Source of the DNA: a virus | Lineage: Duplodnaviria > Caudoviricetes | IMG/VR virus record: IMGVR_UViG_3300046170_000302 | DNA: 64,000 bases | Strand: one strand, 5' to 3' | Shown: positions 39,976-50,427 of the stretch, in pieces | How positions within the stretch are numbered: the first letter of the stretch is position 1 | Layout: every line of letters starts with the position of its first letter | Notes under the pieces: generated by a model | Databases searched by the model: none | Told to the model about the DNA's origin: nothing | Seen by the model: the letters and a program-made list of their open reading frames with translations, nothing else | Translations under genes and position numbers: made by a program

Positions 39976-40778
39976 TTGGTTTTAACTACCTAGGAAAACT
40001 AGGACAACTTGGTAATCAGATGTTCCAGTATGCATCACTCATTGGTGTTGCAGATAAGATTGGAACATCTTTTTGTATCCCACATCATCATGAAGTGATG
40101 GTTGACAACCTGGGAAATAGACTTAGGATAGAGTTGTTTGATGCATTTGATATCAAACCAGATAGGGTTGGATTTATTCCTACTGATAAGAACTATCAAG
40201 AAGGAGAGTTCACTTTCGAAGAGGGAGCATTCCAGATTGACACTGAACATGACACATGTCTGATTGGTTTCTTTCAAACCGACAGATACTTTAGACACAT
40301 TCAAGATCGTATCAGATCAGAGTTTACATTCAAGAATGAAATTAAAGAGGAGTGTCAGGATATCGTGGATTGTTTTGACAATCCTGTTGCTTTGCATATT
40401 CGTAGAGGTGATTATCTCATCAATAGTGGTAATCATCACAACCTTTCTGATGATTATTATGAACATGCATTGAAAGAGTTTGACGAAGATCGACAAGTGG
40501 TTATCTTTACTGATGACCCTGAGTGGGCATTGAACAACCCTCTCTTTGGAAGTGATAGATTCATCGTATCAGAAGGTAATGGTCCTTATCATGACCTGTA
40601 TATGATGACACAGTGTAGTGATTTTATTATCTCTAACTCTACATTCTCATGGTGGGGAGCTTGGTTGGCTGACAAAGGTAAGGTGATAGCACCTGAGGCT
40701 TGGTTTGGTCCTAACAACTCAGATAAATCTACAAGGGATTTGTATCCCGAACATTGGACAATTATTCCTCAATCATAA
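39972..40778 (+). CDS. GT11 alpha-1,2-fucosyltransferase-like, second paralog
   Basis: GQLGNQMFQYA; LHIRRGDY; NSTFSWWGAWL. Confidence 0.88.
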   Translation: MIGFNYLGKLGQLGNQMFQYASLIGVADKIGTSFCIPHHHEVMVDNLGNRLRIELFDAFDIKPDRVGFIPTDKNYQEGEFTFEEGAFQIDTEHDTCLIGFFQTDRYFRHIQDRIRSEFTFKNEIKEECQDIVDCFDNPVALHIRRGDYLINSGNHHNLSDDYYEHALKEFDEDRQVVIFTDDPEWALNNPLFGSDRFIVSEGNGPYHDLYMMTQCSDFIISNSTFSWWGAWLADKGKVIAPEAWFGPNNSDKSTRDLYPEHWTIIPQS

Positions 40779-42360
40779 TGACTTGGAACTTACTTACAGT
40801 ATCATTTGGTAATAATAAGTATAGGAGAGGACAATCTTTTCTAAACAAACTATCAAAACAGTTAGGTGTAAATCACTTTGCTGTTGATGAGGAATCACTT
40901 TTTAACTCCGAGATCTACAAAGAGAATGAGGAGTGGTTCTCGAAGATAATAACTATGGTCACTTTGCTTGGAAACCATACTTTCTCCTACAGACTATGGA
41001 GAAGTTGGAAGAGGGTGATAAGATTCTAGCACTGGATGCTCTTGATATCTTTCACCCTGAAATCTTTAAAGCTGTCGATGATATCTGGGAGGGTGACCCA
41101 TGTCTCCTTCCCTTAGGTAATTCAGTCCAAGGTGAATACACCAAGAGAGATTGTTTTCATTACATGGATTGTGATGAAGAGGATTACTGGGAGTCTAAAC
41201 AACTCGAAGCTGGTTTTACATTCTGGAAAGTGTGTGATGAGTCAAAGAAGATTCTGAAAGACTGGTTAAAGTGGTGTCTAGATGAAAGAACTAATGGTGA
41301 GGTTACTACATTCTCTGGTAAGGGAGAGTTGGATGGATTCGAAGAGGTTCGTCATGATCAAAGTATCCTTACTAACATTGCTATTCGTGATGGACTCCCA
41401 GTAGTTGGTAGTGACATTCGTAACTTTATTGAGTGTAATGCTGACTACTGGTATGAGAGATACAACAAAGGAATTGTTTCTCTCTATCGTCCTATTGATC
41501 AGTTCCTTGTAAGTATCAAAGACCAGGTTGATTACCTAAAACCAGAACCAGTCGATAGTTTGATCCTTACAGTCCACAACCAAGAAGATATTATTGAGGA
41601 TGTATTGAAAGGTATTGAGGATAATACTGATGGTAACTATGAGTTGATTGTAGTTGTGGATGGTTGCACTGATAAATCAGAAAAAGTCATCACAGACTAT
41701 TTGAAAAACTCTGAGATTACTAATTCTGTAATCAATACACCAGATGTATTTGAGACAAAGGCAAACAACGCTGGTCTCAAATTGGCTCAAGGTAAATATG
41801 TAACTATCATCCAAGATGATATGGTCATTCGTGAGAAGGGTTGGAATACTCGTATGAGGAAACCCTTTGAAGCGTTTGATGATGTGTTTGCTGTGACTGC
41901 TAGAACTGCACACAACTACAAGTTCAATCCAAACTCCACACATCTTGGAATGGAGGAAGACTTGGATAACTGTTGGTGTGATATTGTAGATCCATGTGAT
42001 GAAGCAAATCAATCAAACATTGATAGAAACACATTTGCTGTAAGAGGCACAGTAAATCGTGGTCCTCTGATGATCAATAGTGAAGATCTTAGAAAGATGA
42101 ATTACTTTGATGAGGAGTTCTCACCACAGGATATGGATGATCACGATCTCATGTTCCGTATGAGAAAGAAACTCAATAAGGTTGTGGGTTGTTATTGGAT
42201 TGATTTTGTATCAGATCCAAGTTGGGGTGGAACTCGTAAGGAGACTGGAGAACCAGCACCATGGTTGTATAAATCACAACACAAAAACAGTAAAATATTC
42301 TACAATAGAAACAAAGACAATCTTGAGAGAATTATTATTAACAGGGAGTTACCAGAATGA
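40778..42360 (+). CDS. Two-domain glycosyltransferase with C-terminal GT2 (frameshift near 40950)
   Basis: FAWKPY...HRHDQSIL-type N-domain; TVHNQED; VVDGCTD; IQDDM; QDMDDHD. Confidence 0.8.
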
Positions 42361-42998
42361 CATACAGTAAAAGGTTTAGTAGTAAGTTCTTTGCTAAGAT
42401 GCTACAACCAGCAGGACCAAATAATCCTGTAAGAGATAGGGCAACTTCCCTCTCTATGGTGTTTGAGATCTTAGATGAGAAGAAGAATAAAGACTTCTTC
42501 ATTGTAGAGACAGGATGTATGAGAGCAGACCATGGTCAACTTGCTCTTGGTGATGATGGAGCTAGTACCTACATCTTTGATGACTTCATTAACTACTATG
42601 ATGGTGAAGTAGCTTCAGTGGATATCAATCCAGATAATGTGGCACACGCTCAGAAGATGGTATCTGACAAGACACAGGTGTATTGTAGTGATTCAGTAGA
42701 GTTTCTATGGAACATTCCTTCGAAGAGAAAGATTGATCTATTGTATCTGGACTCATTTGATTTTGAACCAGAAGATCCTATTCCTTCACAGAAACATCAT
42801 CTTAAGGAACTCACAGCAGTTATGAAAAACTTGAGAAAAGGTAGTATAATTATGGTTGATGACAACCTTAATACCCCTGAGTTTGAATGGTTCACCAAGA
42901 TTGCACAAGGTGGTAAGGCAGGATTCGTAAAAGAGTTCATGAAAGACATTGGAGCAGAGCTCCTCCTAGACGAGTATCAAATTATTTGGAGGTTATGA
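42357..42998 (+). CDS. Class I SAM-dependent methyltransferase
   Basis: IVETGC; SVDIN; SDSVEFL; LLYLDS; MVDD. Confidence 0.8.
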   Translation: MTYSKRFSSKFFAKMLQPAGPNNPVRDRATSLSMVFEILDEKKNKDFFIVETGCMRADHGQLALGDDGASTYIFDDFINYYDGEVASVDINPDNVAHAQKMVSDKTQVYCSDSVEFLWNIPSKRKIDLLYLDSFDFEPEDPIPSQKHHLKELTAVMKNLRKGSIIMVDDNLNTPEFEWFTKIAQGGKAGFVKEFMKDIGAELLLDEYQIIWRL

Positions 42999-43291
42999 TG
43001 AACGTAAAACTGTTTCGTATTGTCACTGGCGAAGAAGTAATTGCAGAGGTAGTTGAAGAAAACGCATCTACTGTAACTGTAAGAAATGGACTGGTTGTGA
43101 TTCCACAGGCACAGAACATTGGGTTTGCACCTTGGGCTACTGTGGTTAGTAGAGAGAAACCAGAACTCGAAGTTTCTCGCACACACATTGTATATGTTGG
43201 TGAGGTAGAACACTCTATTAGAGAGAAGTATGATTCTATCTACGGTAGTAAACTGGTAACACCTGAACCCAAGAGTTTGATTCTCCAATGA
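42995..43291 (+). CDS. Conserved T4-like hypothetical protein (Sm-like)
   Basis: VKLFRIVTGEEVIAEV. Confidence 0.75.
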   Translation: MMNVKLFRIVTGEEVIAEVVEENASTVTVRNGLVVIPQAQNIGFAPWATVVSREKPELEVSRTHIVYVGEVEHSIREKYDSIYGSKLVTPEPKSLILQ

Positions 43292-43938
43292 GCTATTTTC
43301 AATTTGCTAAGAACTACTATTCTGCCAATGGTGAGGATGGTATCACAGAACAACTATTCAAAGATCTCAATATCAATGATGGTGTAGTATGTGAGTTTGG
43401 TGCATGGGATGGATTTGACAATAGTAATACTGCATACTTCTGGTTCACCAAAGACTTCTCAGCTATTTTAATTGAAGGTCTAGAGAGTAGATTTAATCAA
43501 CTTGTAGGTAACACAAAGGGGTTTGATGTAACCTGTATCAAGAACATGATACAAGAATCTGGTGATGATAGTATTGATAACATTCTTGATCGGTCTATGG
43601 TGAAGTTGAACGATGATAACTTTGCTTTGATGTCTATTGACATTGATTCATTTGACTATTATGTGTTTGGTAGTATCAAGAAGTATCGTCCTAAGGTTTG
43701 TATTGTAGAAACCAGTAGTGGATACACACCAGACCAAGACTTTGTTTCTCGTAACGCTGGTTGTTCTCTAAAGTCTGTAGCAGAACTAGGAGAGACTATT
43801 GGATATAAGTGTGTGATCCATACAGGTAATGCATATTTTGTTCGTGATGATTTGGTTCATCTTTTACCAGACTATGATTATAGTTTAGATGCAATCTATA
43901 GCTCTCCATCAGACATTGAGTCTAGACAAGTTGTATGA
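43288..43938 (+). CDS. FkbM-like methyltransferase
   Basis: YSANGEDGI; EFGAWDG; SIDIDSFDY; RPKVCIVE. Confidence 0.8.
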   Translation: MSYFQFAKNYYSANGEDGITEQLFKDLNINDGVVCEFGAWDGFDNSNTAYFWFTKDFSAILIEGLESRFNQLVGNTKGFDVTCIKNMIQESGDDSIDNILDRSMVKLNDDNFALMSIDIDSFDYYVFGSIKKYRPKVCIVETSSGYTPDQDFVSRNAGCSLKSVAELGETIGYKCVIHTGNAYFVRDDLVHLLPDYDYSLDAIYSSPSDIESRQVV

Positions 43939-44369
43939 TTTTAGACATCCTACATGATGGTGATGAGATACTGAAAAAGATATCTTGTTCTGTCATTTTA
44001 GATGATGAAGTTAGAGAGTTCATTGGATCTATGAAAGAAACAATGATCGATGCTAATGGTATAGGTTTAGCTGCACCTCAAGTTGGTAGAAATATCAGAG
44101 TCATTGTAGTTAAACTTCAGTATGGTGACATACAAGAGATGATTAATCCGGCTATCAAATGGTATTCGGATCACACTGTCAATATTGAGGAAGGATGTTT
44201 GAGTATTCCTGGTAAACATATTGAACTTATCAGACCCAGTAAAATCTCAATATCATTTCAAGATTTGAGTGGTAAATATAAAAGGTGGAAACTAAAATCA
44301 CTTGAAGCTCGTATAGTTCAACATGAGATCGATCACTTAGATGGAGTATTGATGACGGATTATGAGTGA
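43935..44369 (+). CDS. def: Peptide deformylase
   Basis: GIGLAAPQVG; EGCLSIP; QHEIDHLDG. Confidence 0.95.
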   Translation: MILDILHDGDEILKKISCSVILDDEVREFIGSMKETMIDANGIGLAAPQVGRNIRVIVVKLQYGDIQEMINPAIKWYSDHTVNIEEGCLSIPGKHIELIRPSKISISFQDLSGKYKRWKLKSLEARIVQHEIDHLDGVLMTDYE

Positions 44370-44392
44370 TAAAATTATTCTGAGGAAGAGAA

Positions 44393-45406
44393 ATGAAAGC
44401 TGTTGTTCTTGAAGAACTAAATCAACCTCTTGCACTTAGAGAAGTAGGATTAACTGAACTTAAGTTCGGTCAGGTATTAGTAAAAGTATTGGTAAGTGGA
44501 TTATGTGGAGCACAACTTCGTCAGATTAAAGGTCATGAAGGTAACGAAAAGTTTCTACCACACTTGATAGGTCATGAGGGTTGTGGTATCGTTGAGGGTG
44601 TGGGTATTGGTGTCACTACCGTAAGACCTGGAGACAAAGTTGTTATGCATTGTCACCTTGGTTCTGGTATAGAATCATCTTCCCCTTCATATACTTTGGA
44701 TGGTAAGACTATCTCTAGTGGAAAGATTACTACCCTAAGTGAGTTCTCTATCGTATCTGAAAATCGTGTTACTAAGATTGATCTCAAAACCCCTTCGGTT
44801 CTCGCTGCTATGCTTGGTTGTAGTCTCACCACTGCTCTGGGTATTGTTGACAATGAATGTGAACTGAAGTTCGGTGAGTCTGTTGCTATTCTTGGTTGTG
44901 GTGGTGTAGGGTTGAACCTTATCCAAGCAGCCAAGATGAAGAATGCATCACCCATTTATGGTGTGGATATAAACCAAAGCATGTTTGATCTAGCTTCACA
45001 ACTAGGAGCAGACTGTTTTGTGTATGATATTCAATATCTTCCAAATAAATGTGATATTATTATCGACACAACTGGTATTCCTGATGTTATCTCTGCAGCT
45101 TTTGAAAGATTGAAACCTGGTGGAAGATTGATCCTAACTGGACAACCTGCACCAGACCGTCTTGTATGTCTTCCTAATGTTGTATCCATGTTTGATGGTG
45201 ATGGTAAGTCTATTCGTGCCATAAGAGGTGGTGGGACTGATCCTGAGAAGGATATCCCTCGTTATATTAAACTTGCCCTCAAAGGTTTATTGGATTATGA
45301 GACCATACATACTCATACATTTACACTCGATGAAATCAATGAAGCTTTTGATTTGTTGAGGAGTGGAAGTGCTGGTAAAATTATGATAAAGATTAGCGAA
45401 TCATGA
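44393..45406 (+). CDS. Zn-dependent medium-chain dehydrogenase
   Basis: GLCG; GHEGCG; GCGGVG. Confidence 0.88.
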   Translation: MKAVVLEELNQPLALREVGLTELKFGQVLVKVLVSGLCGAQLRQIKGHEGNEKFLPHLIGHEGCGIVEGVGIGVTTVRPGDKVVMHCHLGSGIESSSPSYTLDGKTISSGKITTLSEFSIVSENRVTKIDLKTPSVLAAMLGCSLTTALGIVDNECELKFGESVAILGCGGVGLNLIQAAKMKNASPIYGVDINQSMFDLASQLGADCFVYDIQYLPNKCDIIIDTTGIPDVISAAFERLKPGGRLILTGQPAPDRLVCLPNVVSMFDGDGKSIRAIRGGGTDPEKDIPRYIKLALKGLLDYETIHTHTFTLDEINEAFDLLRSGSAGKIMIKISES

Positions 45407-45558
45407 AACGACTAGACAAAGAAACAGGTAAACTCATGACACAATTGAACATCAGTAATCTGGTTCAATCTCTTGAGGCTGAAGTAACTTATCTTACCTG
45501 TTGGGATTACAACGGTAAGAAAACTAAGAAAATTGTATTTGAGTACACTGATGAGTGA
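45403..45558 (+). CDS. Hypothetical protein (51 aa)
   Basis: MKRLDKETGK...KKIVFEYTDE; coupled overlaps. Confidence 0.55.
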   Translation: MKRLDKETGKLMTQLNISNLVQSLEAEVTYLTCWDYNGKKTKKIVFEYTDE

Positions 45559-46285
45559 TGTAATCCTAGCAGCATGGCATGGAGGGTTGGGTGATAATAT
45601 TCAATTCTCCACATTACCTGAAGAGTTCTACAAACAACAGGGTAGAGAAACATATCTGAAGGATGGTTCATCTTTCAGAAACGAAGGTATCTATGAATTG
45701 ATTTGGAAATACAATCCTTATATCAAAGGTATCAAAGAGGGTGAATGGAATGCAGGTGATATCCCAGAGATTGAATATTCCAATGTAGCTGGAACCTGTA
45801 TTGCAAACTGGGAAAAACTTCATGGGTTAGAACCAACTAATAAGTATCCAAAGATATACTACAAACCCAAAGTATCTTCAAAATATAGTGGTGTTTATCT
45901 GGTTGACTTCACATGTATAAGTATTGATTATGATATGGGGAAGTTAATCAATAAACTGAAACAACTTCAGAGTGAATATTCTGACATGAAGTTTGTTGAG
46001 GTAACATTCTCTGAAGACCTGAGTGGTGATGATGGGAAGTATAATCAGTATGACATGAACTTGGAGAAACTGGTTATCAATAATATCTTTGACTACTATG
46101 ACATCATTTGTAGTTGCTCTGGTCTGGTTGCTCTCAGTAGTGGAGCCAGTCACATGTCCTCTGCAGCAAAGGAACATAACAAATCTCTAAACAGTATTTG
46201 CATTATGGAGGAATCGTGGTATAATTACCATGTGAATAAAGGAAACCTCTTCATCTTTGACAACATTGACTATCAAGTAATATGA
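45551..46285 (+). CDS. Putative glycosyltransferase-like protein
   Basis: HGGLGDNIQFS; SSGASHM; glycan-island context. Confidence 0.55.
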   Translation: MSDVILAAWHGGLGDNIQFSTLPEEFYKQQGRETYLKDGSSFRNEGIYELIWKYNPYIKGIKEGEWNAGDIPEIEYSNVAGTCIANWEKLHGLEPTNKYPKIYYKPKVSSKYSGVYLVDFTCISIDYDMGKLINKLKQLQSEYSDMKFVEVTFSEDLSGDDGKYNQYDMNLEKLVINNIFDYYDIICSCSGLVALSSGASHMSSAAKEHNKSLNSICIMEESWYNYHVNKGNLFIFDNIDYQVI

Positions 46286-47259
46286 AATTTTTAATCACAG
46301 GTATCACTGGGTTTGCTGGTCCACACCTAGCAAACCTTCTTCATGCACGAGGTCATGAGGTTTATGGTCTTATTCGTAGGACCAATGGAATGGAGAGTGA
46401 CATTCGTGATGTTGTTCCTGATGATGTGTATGAAGATATCACATTTGTATATGGAGAACTGACAAACTATCGTTCACTCGTTACTATCTTTAAAGATACT
46501 CAGTTCGATGGTGTCTTCCACCTTGCAGCTCAATCACACCCACCTACAAGTTTCCGTGATCCTATCGGAACTATGGATACTAATGTGATGGGTAGTGCTA
46601 ACCTGTTCCAAGTCATTCAAGACTTCCAGGATAACTGTAAGGTGATGTTCTGTTCTACATCTGAAGTTTATGGGAACGTTGGATCCGATGGTCGTAAGAT
46701 TCGTTGGGATGATACTATCCTTCCTTCTAATCCTTATGGTGCTTCTAAGGCAGCGACTGATGTTTATCTCCAAGAGAGATTTGCAAATGGATTCATGAAA
46801 GGTTTCATCACTCGTGCGTTCTCACACACTGGTCCACGTCGTGGTCGTATCTTCTCTATCTCCTCTGATGCTTATCAGATTGCAAGGATGATGAGAGGGT
46901 ATCAAGAACCAACTCTATTGATTGGAAACCTCTCTACAACCCGTGTGGTGATGGATGTGAGGGATACAGTAAGAGCATACTACTTGGCTATGATTAATCC
47001 TGAAGTGAAGGATCAAATCTTTAATGTGTGTGGTGATACTCCTCGACAGATGCAGTATTTTACTGATAAGTTGATTGAACTATCTGGTCTAAAGGATGTG
47101 AAACAGAAGATCCATCAACCATTCTGGAGACCACATGAGATTCACTATCAACATGGCGACTCTACTAACCTTGTAGAGATGACAGGATTTGAAGAGGAGT
47201 ATAATATTGACACAACTCTGATGGATCTGTTACGATACTGGTATGACAAACTATCATGA
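46282..47259 (+). CDS. gmd: GDP-mannose 4,6-dehydratase-like SDR
   Basis: TGITGFAG; HLAAQSH; STSEVYG; NPYGASK; FSHTGPRRG. Confidence 0.88.
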   Translation: MKFLITGITGFAGPHLANLLHARGHEVYGLIRRTNGMESDIRDVVPDDVYEDITFVYGELTNYRSLVTIFKDTQFDGVFHLAAQSHPPTSFRDPIGTMDTNVMGSANLFQVIQDFQDNCKVMFCSTSEVYGNVGSDGRKIRWDDTILPSNPYGASKAATDVYLQERFANGFMKGFITRAFSHTGPRRGRIFSISSDAYQIARMMRGYQEPTLLIGNLSTTRVVMDVRDTVRAYYLAMINPEVKDQIFNVCGDTPRQMQYFTDKLIELSGLKDVKQKIHQPFWRPHEIHYQHGDSTNLVEMTGFEEEYNIDTTLMDLLRYWYDKLS

Positions 47260-47996
47260 AGAAGATTTTAATCATTGGTGATAGTTGTAAAGACATCTAC
47301 ACCTATTGTGATGTTAAAAGATTGTCACCTGAAAAACCTGTCCCTGTTCTTGAGGTAGATCATGTAGAAGAGATGCCCGGTATGGCTATGAATGTCTACC
47401 GGAATGTATGTCACATGATGCCAAGAAAGAAAGTAGACATTGTTACCAATAATAATTGGAAGAGTGTCACAAAGAATAGATTTGTGGACCAGAAAAGTAA
47501 TCACATGTTTAGTCGTGTTGATACCCCGCAGTTTATTGATAGGGTTGATGTATTTGAATTAAAGTTAGAGGACTATGAGTATGTCATCATTTCAGATTAT
47601 GATAAGGGATTTATTTACTGGGATGATATTGAGTGGATTTGTTCTCGCCATAGTTCCGTTTTTCTTGACACGAAAAAGGAGTTGGACACTTGGGCATTTG
47701 ATGCTAAGTATATCAAGATCAATAACTTCGAAGCTGAAAGAAGTTGTATTATGGTTGAACACTTGGGCGAAAAGGTGATTCAAACCTGTGGTAGTGATGG
47801 TGTATTTTGGAATGGTGATCTGTTCCCTGTGAAAGATAAGGTAGAAACACTAGACGTTAGTGGTGCTGGAGATACCTTCTTAGCAGCACTTGTGGTAAGA
47901 TACTCACAGGATAAGAAGATTGTAAGTTCTATCAAGTATGCCAATAGACAGGCAAGTAAGGTAGTATCTAAAAGAGGAACTAGTGTCCCAGACTAA
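47256..47996 (+). CDS. HldE/RfaE kinase-like domain (PfkB family)
   Basis: RLSPEKPVPV; SDYDKG; DVSGAGDTFLA. Confidence 0.85.
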   Translation: MKKILIIGDSCKDIYTYCDVKRLSPEKPVPVLEVDHVEEMPGMAMNVYRNVCHMMPRKKVDIVTNNNWKSVTKNRFVDQKSNHMFSRVDTPQFIDRVDVFELKLEDYEYVIISDYDKGFIYWDDIEWICSRHSSVFLDTKKELDTWAFDAKYIKINNFEAERSCIMVEHLGEKVIQTCGSDGVFWNGDLFPVKDKVETLDVSGAGDTFLAALVVRYSQDKKIVSSIKYANRQASKVVSKRGTSVPD

Positions 47997-48402
47997 AACT
48001 ATTTGGTTAAATGGATGTTATGACATTCTTACTCCTGCTCACATTGAGTTATTCTCAGTAGCCAGATCCCTTGGTGGGACTGAAGGGAGAGTTATTGTTG
48101 GTCTCGATTCTGATGATAAAGTCAAGAGAAGTAAAGGAGATCTGAGACCTATCAATACATTCTCAGATCGTAAAATCATGTTAGAGTCTATTAGATACAT
48201 AGACTTAGTAATAGGGTTTGACAATCGTCAGGGATTAGAAAACTTGATTGAGATGTTCAAACCCGATATCATGTTACTAGGCGGAGATTGGAGAAATGGG
48301 GATGTCGTCGGACGACAACATTGTGAAGATGTCAGATTTCTTGACAGGAGGGAAGGGTATTCCTCAACAGATATCATCGAAAGGTGCAAACGATCTAATT
48401 AA
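47983..48402 (+). CDS. HldE/RfaE nucleotidyltransferase-like domain
   Basis: NGCYDILTPAH; GLDSD; RPIN; GYSSTDII. Confidence 0.88.
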   Translation: MSQTKTIWLNGCYDILTPAHIELFSVARSLGGTEGRVIVGLDSDDKVKRSKGDLRPINTFSDRKIMLESIRYIDLVIGFDNRQGLENLIEMFKPDIMLLGGDWRNGDVVGRQHCEDVRFLDRREGYSSTDIIERCKRSN

Positions 48403-48739
48403 GTTTGTACCAAAAGGATGGGGATATGAGAAGTGGATTGTCAATTGTCCACTATATTGTGGTAAGATACTATTCATCGCTCAGGGTAAGAAGTGTTCCT
48501 GGCACTATCATAAGGTAAAGGATGAGGTATTCTATGTCCAGAGTGGTGCAATAGAAGTTATCTTTTCTTATAAAGATAACCCAGAGGTTGCTGATAAAAT
48601 CCTTCTAATAGAAGGAGATAAGTTTCATGTTCCTACAGGTATGAGACATCAAATGTATGCATTAAAAGATACAGAGTTGTTTGAGTTCTCGACACAACAC
48701 TTTGACTATGATAGTATTCGTTTACAGAAAGGAGACTGA
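48296..48739 (+). CDS. Cupin-fold sugar isomerase/epimerase; start uncertain
   Basis: VPKGWGYEKW; CSWHYHKVKDEVFYV; EFST. Confidence 0.75.
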   Translation: MGMSSDDNIVKMSDFLTGGKGIPQQISSKGANDLIKFVPKGWGYEKWIVNCPLYCGKILFIAQGKKCSWHYHKVKDEVFYVQSGAIEVIFSYKDNPEVADKILLIEGDKFHVPTGMRHQMYALKDTELFEFSTQHFDYDSIRLQKGD

Positions 48740-49083
48740 TGAGGTATTGTTTTGATATTGACGGTACAATCTGTACCCCAACTATAGGAAGGGCATACGA
48801 TCAGGCAATACCTTATACCTCAAGGATAGATCGTATCAATGGATTATATGATGAGGGACACTACATCATCTACTTTACAGCAAGAGCTATGGGTAGGTTT
48901 GCTGGTGACCCTGATGATAGACAGAAGGCCAAAGAAGCAATGGAAGATATTACTGCCGAGCAACTCAAGAAGTGGGGGTGTAAATATCATGAACTCCTGT
49001 TCGGTAAACCACACGCTGATGTGTTTATTGATGACAAGGGTGTAAGTGATTTGAATTGGTTTGATCAGGAAGGACTTCAGTAA
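48739..49083 (+). CDS. HAD-family phosphatase (capsule-biosynthesis type)
   Basis: FDIDGTI; FTAR; GKPHADVFIDDK. Confidence 0.85.
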   Translation: MRYCFDIDGTICTPTIGRAYDQAIPYTSRIDRINGLYDEGHYIIYFTARAMGRFAGDPDDRQKAKEAMEDITAEQLKKWGCKYHELLFGKPHADVFIDDKGVSDLNWFDQEGLQ

Positions 49084-49877
49084 TGGACAAGAACAAAGCA
49101 GTATTCAAGACTAAAAACATTGGTCCTATCTACTACATCAATCTGGATGATCAACCAGAGAGGCGTGAGTTTATGGAGAACCAGTTTAAGTACTGGGAGA
49201 TAGAGAACTACACCAGAGTATCTGCCTATGATGGTAGAGAAGATGATCTGAGTGATATTATCAAGGGTAGATACCCTGAGCTGATGTCATCCGGTGAGAT
49301 TGGTTGCACTACATCACATCTCAAAGCTATCAAACAGTTCTATGATAGTGGAGAACCATATGCAATCATGATGGAAGATGATTGTAGTTTAGATCTAATC
49401 AAGTATTGGAACTTTACTTGGAGAGATTTCTACTGTAAGCTTCCTTATGACTGGGATGTGTGTCAGATTGCAATCATCTGTACAGGAGATGTGCATATTA
49501 AGATTCATAAGAGATTTGTAAATGAGTTCTCTACTGCTTGTTATCTAATCACAAGACATCATGCAGAGAAGATGATTCGTCTTCATTGTCGTGGTGAGAA
49601 ATACAAACTGGACAATGGTGTAAGACCACGACCAGTTGCAGATGACCTTCTGTATAACTCAGGTAATACTTACGCTCTCCCTCTCCTTCTATATCACATC
49701 CCATTGGGGTCTAGTATCCATCCAGAACACGTTGATGCCTTCCATAAGGGTAACTTTGACGCTCAGTTTAACTTCTGGTCACAGAAGGGTGCACAGATGA
49801 GTATTGATGAACTGATGGATTATGATCCATATCTTGGTAGAGTGTCAGCGTCTTCACACCAACCGAACCAAGCTTGA
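49083..49877 (+). CDS. GT25 family glycosyltransferase
   Basis: YINLDDQPERR; GEIGCTTSH; MEDD. Confidence 0.85.
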   Translation: MDKNKAVFKTKNIGPIYYINLDDQPERREFMENQFKYWEIENYTRVSAYDGREDDLSDIIKGRYPELMSSGEIGCTTSHLKAIKQFYDSGEPYAIMMEDDCSLDLIKYWNFTWRDFYCKLPYDWDVCQIAIICTGDVHIKIHKRFVNEFSTACYLITRHHAEKMIRLHCRGEKYKLDNGVRPRPVADDLLYNSGNTYALPLLLYHIPLGSSIHPEHVDAFHKGNFDAQFNFWSQKGAQMSIDELMDYDPYLGRVSASSHQPNQA

Positions 49878-49902
49878 CGGTTTAGTAATTTATTACTATA
49901 AT
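49874..49902 (+). promoter_or_regulatory. Sigma-70-type promoter upstream of a structured leader
   Basis: TTGACG-17-TATAAT. Confidence 0.7.
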
Positions 49903-50060
49903 AAATAAACTTGTGAGACGGTAATTCCTCACAAGATTTTTTTCAACAGTGCCCTACCCTCGCAAACTTAGGTTAGGGGCATGTAGTTCAAACAAACAGA
50001 GACGAGTCGAGTCTCTTTCCATCCGTAGGTTAAACTCTACGAGACAAAAAGGTAAAACAA

Positions 50061-50427
50061 ATGTTTAAATCTGTATTCGCAGCAACCGCTGCTCTGTCCA
50101 TGTCCGCTGGCGCTGCCCTTGCAGGTCCCTACGTCAACATCGAAACCAATGCTGGTTGGGTTGGCGATGACTACACCTTCTGCAACGACAGACCTCCACG
50201 TAGGTTTTGAAGGAGAAGCCGGTGCTGCTTCCTACTACATCCAGGCTGGTCCTGCAATCGTCGCTGTTGACGGCGAAGAGACTGACACCCAGTTCTCTGG
50301 TAAGGCAGGTATTGGCGTCCCCGTTTCCGACGCACTTGGCGTCTATGGTGAGATGTCCTTCCTGACCGCTGAAGACGAAGACGACTTCGGTGTTGGTGGC
50401 AAATTGGGTGTTAAGTACAACTTCTGA
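50061..50427 (+). CDS. Small outer-membrane beta-barrel-like protein with signal peptide (frameshift near 50178)
   Basis: MFKSVFAATAALSMSAGAALA-GPYVNIE; alternating beta pattern; C-terminal GVKYNF. Confidence 0.7.

Noticed and set aside
49880-49896. NtcA box upstream of the outer-membrane protein gene
   Set aside because: The GTA...TAC spacing is 6, not the required 8.
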